A stretch of DNA of 53,392 nucleotides, filler included, from Sphacelaria rigidula (lineage: Eukaryota): NCBI GenBank assembly GCA_964200075.2. It is 4 parts of 4 records of this genome, joined end to end, with 100 filler letters (N's around TTAATTAATTAA, not from the genome) between each part and the next. Parts side by side here need not be neighbours in the genome. Positions count along the whole stretch, not along the records: positions 1 to 13,275 come from CAXNAA020003008.1; 3 more parts are not named here. One strand, 5' to 3'. Under the pieces are notes generated by a model that was not told the origin of the DNA, did no database searches, and worked only from the letters and a program-made list of their open reading frames with translations. Position 1 is the first letter of the stretch; every line of letters starts with the position of its first letter. The position numbers were made by a program, and so were the translations under genes. Below are positions 1 to 11,951 of this stretch, in pieces.

Positions 1-303
1 GGGGGCGTACTCATTTGTTGCTTGCCTTAGTCATTTGACCATTGACCACGCGTCCCTTTCGAGACGGAGCACCTACGATAGGGGGGGGGGGGTACTTGGG
101 GTCATTTTCCCCACGAAAGCAGCGACACTTGTTCGAACGCGGTTGTTACCGATCGATAGCATTTGTTCATACCGCTTGCCACCCCTTTCACCCAATACAA
201 TCGCACCGCGAGAGTGTTGCGTCGTCTGACTCATCCATGAGCCTTTTTTCGTGGAATCACCCCCCCACCCCCTATCATGCATGATCATGAGTACACCCCC
301 CCT
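1..303. mobile_element. MITE with GGGGG(C/T)GTACTCAT terminal inverted repeats
   Basis: Starts gggggcgtactcat and ends atgagtacacccccccc. The same terminus recurs at ~13521, ~25494 and ~26790-26819. No ORF. Confidence 0.75.
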
Positions 304-2082
304 CCTATCGTAGGATCACTCTTCTGCCAAGGTCTAAAGAGGATAGGGACGGTTGCTTTAGTATTGTTCTATCGAAATCATCTGGAAATTCTGACGGCGC
401 ACGCTCCCCCGTGAAAATGTTGAGCTTTCTCTGACAGGCGAGGCCGTAATCGCCCTTTTGCGGAGTTTTGTTGAATTTCACTTGGTTCCAGAGCAGGACG
501 GTACAAATTGCAGTTTGGAAGTTTTTCACAGATGTAACGCGGGTATTCTAACTCTGCCGGGGCGTAGTTCGAGTCGTACAGTTAGTACTACAGTACTCGT
601 TGTACTGCGACTAGGAACAGTGTCAACTTGGTCGGACATTACCGTGGCGGGATACATATCGTGCAATAAACGCTTCCCCCCTCCGCAGTGGTATGCATCC
701 TATGCCATCTGGCTGGCAAACGCGACGGCGCAGGTCTGTAGCGCCAGGTATCCGTGCTGATGTGGACACCTATCTCCCAAGGACGTGTGTCCCTCTAGTC
801 TTAGCATATTACAGACCTTGTAGCATGACTGTCTCTAATTGACGCCGCGGATGATGAAGCATAATCGCTGTAAAATATCTCCATGATGTTGAAAGGAACA
901 GCACCGATACGAGTATAGATGCTACACGGTTGACCCACATCTCGCTCGAGTAAAACGGCAGCACGTAGTGAGGGCGAATCCTTACAAGAACGATAGGAGT
1001 GTCTTATGTACGTGAGGGCCAAAGCGTAATCGACACCCTGAAGTAAAATACGGTGGTATCCATTGAGGGGAGGCTTTGTGTGTCCCTGCTGTGGTGTTTA
1101 TCACCCTCCCCACATGCACCAGCTCCATGTTGTTGCGAGACTGCTGCTCTCTTACTGTATCGCTTCCTGCCTCAACATGGTGACGCTCATGATGTTGAAA
1201 TCATCAACGTTCTATCACGAATGGTTAGGTGGGTTCAAACACCCCCTCGCCACCTGAGTCCGTCGGTTGAAGTCTGATAACATGTCCGGAAAATTGGCTC
1301 AAAATACGTGATTGACACGACCGTACTACGAGCTGCGCTGCGGCCGCTATGTTGAAATCCAACACAGAAATGTCCTCCGCTACGTCGCCTAATGGAAAGA
1401 TGAATATATTTTCGTAGTATACAGGGTTCACTACCAGTCTATCGCAAATAAACGTTCGGCGGGATTATAGGTAGGTTGATGGGATGATCCAACAGTGGTA
1501 AAAGGAAACATCTTTGTAGACCAGTAGTAAAACTCCAGGCCCGACAAAATTGGGGATCCGTGCGGGTAGAGCTACTGTATGGTAGTGTTGTGCTCCTAGT
1601 GTTTGTTTTGGTGGCATCTCTCATTCTCGTATACCCTGCACGGAGTAGGCGATTCTGCTTACACAGCAGCTAGCTAGTAAGACAAACTCATTTGCCAAGA
1701 ATAGCTGAGACAGTTCTTTGTCAGTGCACCAAGTCCGAACTTGATCTCCCGTTGCAGCGACATGAAAGACCAGGGTAAAAGACGGAACCTCGAGCAGCAC
1801 AAATCGCACCATGGCGTAAGGCTACCAGCATGACCTTGGCCTTGAACGATGGCTGTTGGTATGCCTTAGTTGTGTGTGAAACAGTGGTATACGTTGGAAA
1901 GAACAGCGTGAGTCCCGAGCGATCGCAGTTCAGATGACACAAAAAATGACCATCGTGTCTGTACAGTAAGTGTATCTGTTTCATCAGCTTTTGGAAATAT
2001 CTGCAGTCCGCTTGTGCGCTGTGTTCTGTAGAGTTGAGCCGGAGCTTTCGAAAAATGTAGCTACAGTCGTGGTCTGTGGTCG

Positions 2083-2216
2083 TTAGAGGTGGGCACCGGA
2101 AACCAAAAACCAAAAACCGGTTACCGGATAAGAGGCGTTATTCTCAAAAACGAATAACCGGTTAAACCGTTTTTTCCCAGCAGGTTTAACCGGTTCACCG
2201 AAAAAACGGTTTGACC
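2083..2216 (+). mobile_element. hAT-like transposon left end with subterminal repeats
   Basis: tagaggtgggcac terminus followed by clustered ACCGGT/AAACGG motifs, like Ac-type subterminal repeats. No partner end found. Confidence 0.4.
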
Positions 2217-3636
2217 TAATGGGCAAGGGAAAACGCCTTTAAATAATTGAAACGCAGGTGAATTAGGCGTTGTTGTCGTGTGTTTCGTGTGCGGTGGGTG
2301 ATTGATACGCTCAAACACACCCATTGCCGGTGACGGCAAGGTTCAATGTCACACCTCTGCACCCTTGCAACACCTGTCGAACTTACAGCACAGTGGCTGG
2401 TGACAACGATTTTAATGCGTGATAGGAAATGATGTTGGTGATCACTTGAACAGGTGCTGTTCAAAATCTGGCACCTAACCGTAATTTCTTCGTAATTAGC
2501 GATTTTTTGCCACCGCTCATCACATTGGGGATCTGAGGATCCTTGTATCCGCTCCACATTCCAAGGAAAAAATGATCTGTACTCAATATTGAGCAACTTA
2601 CAGGCTTACCGGTCATTGGGGATCCTGCCACTTTTCAGCCCAGATTCCAACTCTTCGGTATGTTACGTCGATTGAGCCCGTGGAACCCCGTCAGCTTATG
2701 CTCTCCAATTGGGGTCTGGCCAGAGATTACGTGATTACTGCACGCCAACTACACATAACGCGCCGAAAATAACTGTCAGTCTGATGAAAGTGTATCCCGC
2801 TCTCCAAAATTTGCCGTGTGCTTCAGCTCGCACTGTGGACGATGACTCTCGCAAAGGATGAGCACCTTGTCTCCGCACTTTTCACCCCACCGCCTGAATG
2901 ACAAACAAAAATTATCCACATAATGTCCCGAATATGGAAACGCCTTATTGTTTTTTCTCTGTATTATTTCGGTCGTTTGATATGGACTGCGCCGTGTCTG
3001 GATTTCGCCGCTGTTCTCCGTAGGTCGCATTTATGTATTTCGAGATTCTGCGTATATTTGTAGATGGACTCCCAAGTTCAACCAAGAATTGGTGACATAT
3101 AAGGGTATACGCGCGGTGTGTACTAGGCTGCCGACGAGAAAACGTGCGATTTTGCCATTTTCCCCGATTTTCGAGTGTGGGAAGGAACCCCCCCCCCCCC
3201 AGAAATCAACGAAGTGGACCAGGTCTGACTTACAGTATTGTGTCGTGAAGTAGGTATCGAAGCTGACCTCACGATTCGTATATAGTTTGTACTAAGGCGC
3301 AAGAGGTCAGCTTTGAAGAAATCCTTAGATCCTTTTCTCTGGCAGTGCGTCCCCGTGGCAATCGCGTGACATTGCGCCGCACTTGAATGACGGGGGCCAA
3401 ATCCCGAAACTTCGGTGTCATGTTTCACTGAACGCTTCCAACTGCGTCAGTGAGACCCACATATTTTTTTCGTAGTATTGATCGAAAGCTGGGGGCGGTG
3501 GCTTCGATATTGGTTATCGAGAGGGGCAATTCGACATGTCTGGGCCCTAACAGCAATTTCGAAGTCGGTCATCCGAAAAATAGAGATGAAAAATTGCCCC
3601 GCAAAATGATGGAATAGGCCTACTACAGTAGGTCAA

Positions 3637-3737
3637 CCCTTAGACCGCGATGCGGGTAGTCCATCTGGATCGCGCCTACTTTTTCAAATGAGTGTTGATG
3701 CCGATCCAGCAGGTGACCTACCCTCGCGGCCAAAGGG
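3637..3737. mobile_element. piggyBac-type mini-MITE (copy 1)
   Basis: TIRs cccttagaccgcga / tcgcggccaaaggg, CCC...GGG termini, degenerate TTAA flanks (tcaa/ttac). A second copy lies at 29736-29840. Confidence 0.65.
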
Positions 3738-4252
3738 TTACGGCTGCGATATTCATGCAAAGCAGCATCGAAGATATGATTTCCGGAATCGAATCACGCC
3801 TCCATGAGAGGTGCTTTCGATCGGTTCACTCCACCGACGTCTCTTACAGTGAGATCGAAGGCTGTGACACAGTGAGCAACCGAATGTGGCGTACTTTACT
3901 TTCGGAACAGAGGAGGTATGATTGATAAGTGGATCGACGCTCTCTCTCTTTCGAAGCTCGCTTGCGAGCAAAATATATCTGCGGCGACCTTGTCTCGTCG
4001 GGAGCTTTTCAAAGCCGCACGCGAATCTTTACTCCGAAATGCGCTAACCCCTGGGAATGCCATCAAAAGAATGTGTTGTCATACGTGACTGGTTCATTTT
4101 TCTTTATTGAGTAGATGTCGTGGCAAAATGTGATTGTACAGGTGCACCATTCCTCACGTGCGTTGACTTGTGTACTGTACGTAACACGAAGAACACGTGA
4201 GTGATTGCTTGGGTTTATATGCTGCGCTATTCCGTCGGTCGGCTTGGGGCAG

Positions 4253-4391
4253 GTGTCAGGGTGGAGAGAACAATCACGGCGGGCTTGGCACCGTGGCACG
4301 GGTGTTGCCCAACTTCTTTTACGACGTGAAGTACGCTGTGGGCGGGCTCGAGAAGGGCGTCGACGCGTGTTTTGTCGAGAAAATCATCTTG
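4253..4391 (+). CDS. Exon of MMS22-like gene: first Tudor/SH3-like module
   Basis: cag| acceptor at 4251-52, |gtgagc donor at 4392. Peptide GENNHGGLGTVARVLPNFFYDVKYAVGGLEKGVDACFV aligns by eye with the second module in the next exon. Phase 0 joins exon 4860. Upstream exon(s) uncertain; candidate donor AG|GTATGA at 3915/3916. Confidence 0.7.
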
Positions 4392-4859
4392 GTGAGCCTC
4401 TCCCGTTCAAGGCGGTGCCTACGACAATGTTGGTTTGATGATGTAATGCCACGGCACTAGCGCTCATGTCACTCTCGTGTGTGCCGTCCTTCCGAGACGG
4501 GTTCAAGTCAAGGACATCTGTCACCCGCCAGTGCCCTGTCGTGCTGCAGTTGTGCCGTGGCTGGACAAATCGAAAGTGAAGATGGACACGTTCAACCCTC
4601 GCCATCGCATCGCATATGCAACCAATGCATTCGTGCGGAATTTGCTATCAATTGACCGGTATGTCCCACTTCTGACGGCCCTACCCGTCTGTTCTCTCTC
4701 ATGGTCCACGCGAGTGACGAGAAGGGGGGGAGGGGGTGGTAAAAACTCACGCCTCCTTTCCTACCCTGTCTCAAGTCAGCAATTTCTCCTCCTCCGTTGT
4801 TTTCCCGCACCGTTTGCTCTCTGAAACTGTCCTTCCTGTTATATTTTGCCCCTCTTAAG

Positions 4860-7309
4860 AGCACCAGGAGGTCTAGAGGTATCACCCCCAGATGCCCGGG
4901 CTGCAACTCGTTCCCCCATGAGTGTATGTGCGACGGCTTCGTCAGGCCAGCAGCCACAGCGACGGTGGAGTCTAGGGCTGCGGTGGCTCCCGGCAAACCC
5001 CAATCGCTGCCAGGGTCTCGATCCTCGGCACCTTCATTGTCATCGCTCGAGCCTGCTTCCACGCCGCCGCGCTCGCTGAAACGCCCGCGGGCGGCCATAG
5101 GCAAGGATGCCGCGTCGGCAGTGAAACAAGTCGCCACGTGGAAGAATGACAGCAGTGGACGGGCGGACTTTCACGTAGTAGCATCTCAGCCCGGAGGAGG
5201 TAATGCGGGGTTCTCAGGTGAAGCTGGGGGCGGCATCTCATGGCAGTACCAGCAGCAGAAGCAGCAGTTGGAAAGCCGGATCATGCACTTGGATGGTGCA
5301 CGAAGCACGAAATTCGGTGATGGTACGGACTGGCAAGAGGCGAGGCGCTCCGACGGCGAAGAAAGAAGCCATCGCCCTGTCGAGATGCTTGACTGTTCGA
5401 GTTCTCGAATCGCAGACATCTCTGCGTCAGCTTCACGGGGTTTATATTCAAATCCCTCGAATATAGGGGCCCAGCGCTCTACCGTCGCCGCCGCCGATAC
5501 AACCGCGCATTCTACGGTTGAGTGCCGACACGGCGGCAGCCGTCGAGCGGATCTTCAAAGCTCAAGCATCGAGGAGTTAACTAGGTCTTCCGTTGACGAA
5601 GAGCGAAGGACGCCCAGTTTTGAACAGCCACGTGAGCAAATGATCGATGGTGTCCGCTTTAACGCACGCGTCTCTGCCATATCGACCGCCGAAGCTGATG
5701 TTCTGGCCACAGGTATGAGTGGTGAGGGGCAGCCGACTCCGAGGTCGACGAATGACCGCTTGGATGAAGCCGAAACATACGCCGATTTAGCGCCTGAGGA
5801 GGGGCAAGAAGAGGAAAGGCAGGGTTCGAAGAGGAGGAGTGCATCGTCCTCGGACGGTGGTTTTGCTTCATCACCAGTGGACAACGGTGCCATGGAGCAG
5901 GATACCGATGAAATGCTCTGGACACAAACCGAGGCTATCGATGGCGGAGTCGATGGTGACGATAGTGAGGATCACGTCGGCAATGCACCCCAAAGAGAGG
6001 ACTCACTTGGCGATGATAGCGGTGCTGTTCACACAGGGGTACGAAATACAGATTCTGAGCATCTAATCGCCATTACTGCCGGTAATGACGCCGGTGACCA
6101 AGCGAATCCGCGGAACGCCGGCGCTCGCGAGAACAACCCGCAGTGGCGCCCTCGTAAGGGCGAGATGGTGGAGGTGGAAAGCCGTATGATGCCTGGCGTG
6201 AATAAACCGGGCGGAACGGGGCGGGTGGTGAAAGTCAATGCGGAGACGGGTGCTGTCGACGTGCGGTACGTCGTGGAGGGAGGCTGGGAGCGGGGAATCG
6301 ACCCAAAGTACGTTACCCGCGCTGTCCTGGACATGAGCGAGGTGAAACGGAGAACACTTGGACGGTGTCGGCACTGCGGTAGTCTCCGAGTAGACTGCCA
6401 GGAAGGCTGTGAGTACTACATGGCACCCCCTCTGTCAAGATGGTGGCCGAACACGCTGTCACCACATTTGTCTTTTCCTGCTGAAGGGCATTCTACTGAT
6501 GGAGATTTGCCTCGCACTGCCGGTTTGGCGCGACAAACAGGTCGAGAAAGAGGCCGACACCGCCGACCAAATCATTTCCCCCCGATGGCTGATGATGAAG
6601 TAGTAGATGTTGGTGAGGACAGGAGACGACGTCGTCGATGGAGGATGGACTGGGACGAAGAAGATGTGCTGCTGCCCGGCAGTGAGGAAGATCAGGAGAA
6701 GAGGGACGGTGACGATCATGGCGAGGATGGAAGTCATGGAGATGATGGCGGCGGCGGCGGCGACAGGTTGGGGAATGTTGGCGGTCTAGGAAGCAGTGAT
6801 AGCGAGAGTCTCGAACGAGACAGCGAGTGGGGTACACAAACAGCGGACATTCGCCGAAGAAGGGAGCGGGAATTCTCTGATCAGATCGATGGCGGCGGCA
6901 GCAGCGGCGATGGCAATCATGGTGGAAAATCTGATAACCGACGCCGGCGGCGGCATCGACGGCGGCGAGAAATACTGCACGATGAGTCGAAAAGCGATCT
7001 TTCCGGTTTCGAAGTGGAGTTGGTGGAGGTTCGAGAAAAAGGGCGTCGGGGATATGGCCGCAATAGCCCAGATCGCAGCAGTAACCATCATCACGACGGC
7101 GATATAGCCCTTGGATCAGAGCGTAGGGCGGCGCGGTTTTTGATGCCCGAAGGGGAGGAGGCGGCTCAAGCACTCCCTTCGGATATATTGGACCCGACGA
7201 GTGGCGTAGAGGACCCCGTGGTTCTACGGCAGGAGCTGGCCAGCCTGCTCAAAAAAATGGAGGAGTTTGATTCTGACCAGCTCGAAAGGGACGTCGCTTT
7301 ATTGCGCAG
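4860..7309 (+). CDS. Large exon of MMS22-like gene: Cys4 motif, low-complexity linker, second Tudor/SH3-like + Cys4 module, acidic/basic region
   Basis: Within the 838-aa ORF. Pyrimidine tract + aag| at 4858-59; cag|gtgata donor at 7310 (phase 2). Motifs RCPGCNSFPHECMC and KGEMVEVESR...GGTGRVVKV...VDVRYVVEGGWERGIDPKYV...RCRHCGSLRVDCQEGC. Confidence 0.8.
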
Positions 7310-7742
7310 GTGATATGAGGCTACCCGAGTGTCACGTTTATAAGGGTGGGTAGTGGCCAAGCTCTCACCGAGTGGTCTTCGGGGTCAATACGTGTAGCTG
7401 TATTTGTTTTTCACTCTTGTTCCCGTTGCCTTTTTTATCCGCCTAAAAGTTTTGGCGTTTGTGTTTTGGTGTGAGCGATTGTCGAGAACTCCAGCTTGGG
7501 AATGGTACGCCACCGCGAAGGAGATACATGTGTTTTAGTTACTTTCCAACTGTCATTAACCGCCGAACGTCTGGATCACTACTTCCGACGCCATGCATGT
7601 CCTTCACAACACGCCGGTCTCCCTTCCGATTGTGAATACTCGCATCACTTCCTTGCCTTCACACTTTTCATGTGACAGTGCGCGTTACATGCCCCACCAA
7701 CGCCAATACTAACGTTGCCCGCCGCAACAATGACACAAACAG

Positions 7743-9324
7743 GCACACAGCAAGACGAGTAAGAGCTGGGGCAGAAGGGGTCGACGCCGATGTCGCCTCT
7801 TTGAAATTTGAGATAATGGAACTCCCTACGCGCGTCAAGCGAGTCTTACGGCGACTGGACATCGCCAACACTGTATACAGGCGCCTCGAAAGACTAGATG
7901 CTCGTTGGGGGGAGGGTATAGAGGGGGAGAACGCATGGCATCGCCTGGACGGACTGTCCGTTAACCTGGAAGAATTGAGGAAGAGGATAGACAACGCCGT
8001 CCAGGACTACCACGACACGAATATTGGATTCGTCGGCGGGCGGGAGAGCGGAGGCTCCGGTCGACTCTACGATATGTCAGATCATTCCTCCAATTTTTCT
8101 TGTGGCTCGTCGGCGGATTTCGACATCGAACCAATACGCATCCCCTCATCGGATAAACAGCGACAGCGCCATATGGCAAGCGGGGACGTCGGCAGACAGC
8201 GATCCAGGTCGGCAGCAGGTGCGCGAGCCGGCCGTGACCGACGAGCACCGAACCGCCGCAGAAGTAGCGGCGACGGCGGTGAGAGCCGTAGCGGGGGGTC
8301 TACAAGGAGTGGCACAGAGCGAGCCGGTCATCGGAAGAAGCGACGTCGTCAAGGGCCGTCCAAAGCGTGCACACGAGATCGAGGTAGTGGTGTTAGATCG
8401 CGGCGAGCCCGTGGTGATGGTTGTGACATTAGTGGGCAGGATTGGATGTTGTCTGTTGAAGAAGCGACCGAGGACGAGGGAACATGTTTGCCGGGTCTTG
8501 ACTACAACATGGCGGCCGAGCCCAATGAAGCCGAGGACCAGATCAGCCGCGAAATGTTCAGGGACAGTAGCTTGTCTTCTCTGTCGTCTTCGTCACGATC
8601 GCGTTCTACTTCCTCATCCCGATCTCGCTCACCGTCGCTGGGGCGGAGGTCGAACGCAAGCTTCGATGGCCACTACCGCGAAACGAGTAGTGGCGGGAAT
8701 CGCGCCGGTAAGTCAGGCGGCGGCACGCGTCGGCAACGTTCTCCTTCGAGGTCGACAGAACGCGGGCGATCAGCAGGAGAGGGCGGTTGTCGAAGATCGA
8801 GGACGGGTAAGCCAGGCGGCGGCGGAGGCAAGCGCGGCGGAAACGGTGGTGGTAGCACAGTCGGCAGGAGGTCCGTGGGTAAGCTAGGAGACCGGAGGTC
8901 TTCGTCCACGAAGGCACACGGCAGTAGAAGACACACCAACGGTGAGCGTTCCGCTGCGTTCGACCGTTCTTCTGGCAACAGGGATGGCGTAGCGCCAACT
9001 CAAGGGAGGAAACGTGGTAGGTGCCACAGATCGTTGATGGAAGTAGCCCTTTTCCATCAACGACTCGCCGAGCAGGAGGCTCGGGGGGGCAGGCTCCAGC
9101 CCTCGTGGTCGAATGACGGTGAGATGTCCGATCCTGCTTCTGACACTGCTGCAGCAGAACGGGGGGTGGGCGTGGAGGGTGGAGGACGAGGGAAGGTGGA
9201 GGCAAGGGGGGCCGGAACGGATGTATCACGTCCGTCAAAACCCCCCATGTTGCCGAGCCTGGTGAAAGATTTGCTGCCGAAGCCGCAGTTGCGGGGTCTG
9301 CTGAGATTCAAGACTCTCTATTCG
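7743..9324 (+). CDS. Exon of MMS22-like gene (helical segment then Arg/Ser/Gly-rich disordered region)
   Basis: Branch point TACTAAC at ~7707, acag| acceptor in phase 2 matching the upstream donor, |gtgcgt donor at 9325. Within the 616-aa ORF. Confidence 0.8.
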
Positions 9325-9560
9325 GTGCGTTGCTGGACTGATATCCGCTTGGCTCGTATATTTGAAGCTTGCTCTTGTAGCGTTTGTGTTGCCTGCAGAG
9401 GTGAGGCATGTGTGGGTTTCGTTGGGTTGTCATGGACATTCGTGATGGTTTGCGCATCACTTTCTACTGTGACGCCGTGTGTTCCGGGTTTGACGTCGCC
9501 AGGGGTATGCTTTTTTTTGTAGTAGTTTGCTCTGTGGTGTGGTGTGGATTTTGGCGTCAG

Positions 9561-9596
9561 AAGGCGTTACCCAGAGGGCGACCGCTTGCTTCAAAG
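9561..9596 (+). CDS. 36-nt mini-exon (KALPRGRPLASK)
   Basis: tcag| acceptor, aag|gtatga donor, phase 0/0 compatible with both neighbours. Confidence 0.55.
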
Positions 9597-9729
9597 GTAT
9601 GATGATTAAGCACTGACCGAAGCACGAGATTCTTGTGAAATCGATCGCGTCACGCGTTTCGCTGTTGATCGAAAGTGCACACTCTGTGGCCTGACCGTCG
9701 TTCTTGTCACCCACCATTGCTGATATTAG

Positions 9730-10059
9730 AAAACCCTGACCGCGACGGAAGTTCACGTGGATGGTGTAGCACTCATCGCCGACGGTGACGCGGATGCTTC
9801 CACGGGCGGGGTTGGAGAAGCTGGAGACGCGCGGCAGCTCGAAGCTTGGGGAAACGAGGGGATGACACAACTCGATGAAAGGATGACACAACCCGACACC
9901 GAGAAGAGTGAAATAGAGATTGTTGGTATGGAGGAGGCTTGGGCGGCGGGGGGCGGGATCGGAGGGGACGTTGACGGCGAGTTACCCTTAGCTCTAAATT
10001 GTCTGCCTCAGCGAATGGCGGACCTTGAGGAGCTGGCACTGGGGGGGTTTTCCGATGAG
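9730..10059 (+). CDS. Exon of MMS22-like gene (acidic)
   Basis: ttag| acceptor at 9728-29. Donor gag|gtaggt at 10060, or in-frame alternative gag|gtgcgc at 10075. Phase 0. Confidence 0.7.
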
Positions 10060-10506
10060 GTAGGTCAGGGAGAGGTGCGCTTCATACTCTTGTCGTATTC
10101 TAGTTATTCGCTGCTGCTTCACTATCTTCCTTAACACCCTGTACCTGCTGGGAAGATGATGACTTGGAAGCCGCGGTTTTCGCTTCAGAGTGTCCTCGAT
10201 GAACGTGTAGGTGACGGATTTGAAGCTGTTCCCCTTGATCACACCCGTTGGTGTATTTTTTTCCTTCGATACTTTCGGTACGCCGACCGCATAGCCTACT
10301 CTCGTTCAAAATGGTCAAGGCCACCACGAATGTCGCACTTCCGTCTTCCTCTCCGGTTATTCTGCAATTCATGTTGAAGATGATCATCGCCATGATGAAT
10401 ATTTCGTCTCCGTTTTTCTCCCTTTTGTTGCCCGCCTTTTCGCGTATGCTCCTGAAAAACCGTGGAACATACAACAAATTGAACTGGTAAATCAACAACG
10501 TATAAG

Positions 10507-11249
10507 GCTGAAGCCTTGGCAGAGGAGTGCTGCACCATCATGGCCGTCATCACCACGAAACTACGCACCCTGGTCGCCACCCTACCCTCCTCCTCTTCCT
10601 CCTCCTCCTCCTCCTCTTCCTCCTCCTCTTGCCCTTCCTCATCTTTGCCGGCATCATTTCCTGCTGCCCCCGCTTCTTCCGCCGGTATCCTTGAGATACA
10701 ACGATCGCGACTTCGTCTCGCCGCCGCGAAGCGGCACGTCAGCCAATTGGCTACCGCCGCCTCCCCCGCTACTACCGCCGCCATCGGCAATGATCATGTG
10801 GTAAGCAACCTCGGCGCCGTCACAGATGAAGGGTTGTGCTCCTCGTCTCCCGGGTTATCGCTAGCCCGTGTTGTGGCACTGTCGGATAAAGTGCGTCACG
10901 ATTCGCAGCAAGAATTACCTCGCAATAGCCAGCAACCAGCCTCATCGCGCCGCGACGATTTTCGTGGTATCGGCTCCTCCGTGGCCCTCCTGGAGACCTG
11001 CGCGGCGTTTCATATCCACCTTTTGGAGTGGCTTCATCTCACCGATGACGATGGAGATGGCACTGGTGGTGGTGGCAGGGCTGCGGAGAAAGATGGAGCC
11101 GACGCTGTGGGCGCCTCGTCTCATGCGGGTTCTGGTGGGTTCGCATGCGGGTTCTGGTGGGTTAGCATGGGGGGGGTACTATGTAGCTGCGTGTCACTGC
11201 GGGGAGAGGCGAGAGGGCACGGCGGAATCTCAAGGTTGGAATTGCAAGC
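10507..11249 (+). CDS. Exon of MMS22-like gene (poly-Ser; LETCAAFHIHLLEWL); 3' boundary uncertain
   Basis: taag| acceptor at 10505-06, in frame with the 249-aa ORF. The phase-0 donor cannot be fixed between ~11160 and 11250 and may be a GC donor. Confidence 0.65.
10585..10640 (+). repeat. (TCC)n coding microsatellite, poly-Ser
   Basis: Run of tcc/tct codons. Confidence 0.9.
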
Positions 11250-11392
11250 AAATAGAGGGCCGTGAACTCTGGAGTCGATTGTTTATTTACGTTTGAGCGG
11301 TGCCCCGGAGAGCGAGCGCAAAGAGGCACATTTGTTCTCTGTAATCATCGCGAGCGTATGAAGAATTGTTCAAATCGCGAACCTGCGTGCAG

Positions 11393-11624
11393 CTCCTTCT
11401 CGCGTGTGCCAAAACCAAACACTCGTGCACAGGTTCCTTGCGGGAGTTCGCGCGACTCCTTATACTGGACCTGTTGTGTATGTTCGAGACCCGGACGGCG
11501 ACGAGGCGCGGAGCAGAGACGCCATCGGCACCCCCCACCGCCGCTGCCTCACTTCGAGACCTTGCGAAAGACTCGTTGGCACAGGTGTGGCTTGCAACGA
11601 TGGACGCCCTGGACGGTATCGGAG
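11393..11624 (+). CDS. Exon of MMS22-like gene (FARLLILDLLCMFETR...LAQVWLATMDALD)
   Basis: gcag| acceptor at 11391-92, gag|gtgagg donor at 11625 (phase 1). Confidence 0.75.
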
Positions 11625-11951
11625 GTGAGGAGCGTGACGCCATTTTCTGTGATGGAATACCTCAGTAGCCCATGCGCCTGCTCAGCGTCTAGGAGACCGA
11701 GCCAAAAACGAGGGCAGCCAGAAATCGCCTCGTTTTTCTGCGGCCCGACCCATATCCACGTCGTACTCCTGTGAGCAACCATGAGTTTACTGCTATCGAT
11801 TCGCACAGAAAAACACACAGCCGAGACATAATCCACGGTTCCGCTCGACAACATTCTCTCTCCTAGATTTGTAAGCGTAGAACTCACAAACCGCCTTACT
11901 CATTCCCCATTTTCCCCCCGCCCCTGCTGCCATCGTCCTCCTTCTCATCAG

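Noticed and set aside
1780..1900. Helitron helicase motif in the ORF at 1721-2113
   Set aside because: Only vague similarity; the diagnostic QG and YVA.SR motifs are absent.
6493..9238. Long antisense and alternate-frame ORFs (6493-7173, 8024-8887, 8606-9238)
   Set aside because: Shadows of GC-rich coding exons with no independent motifs.
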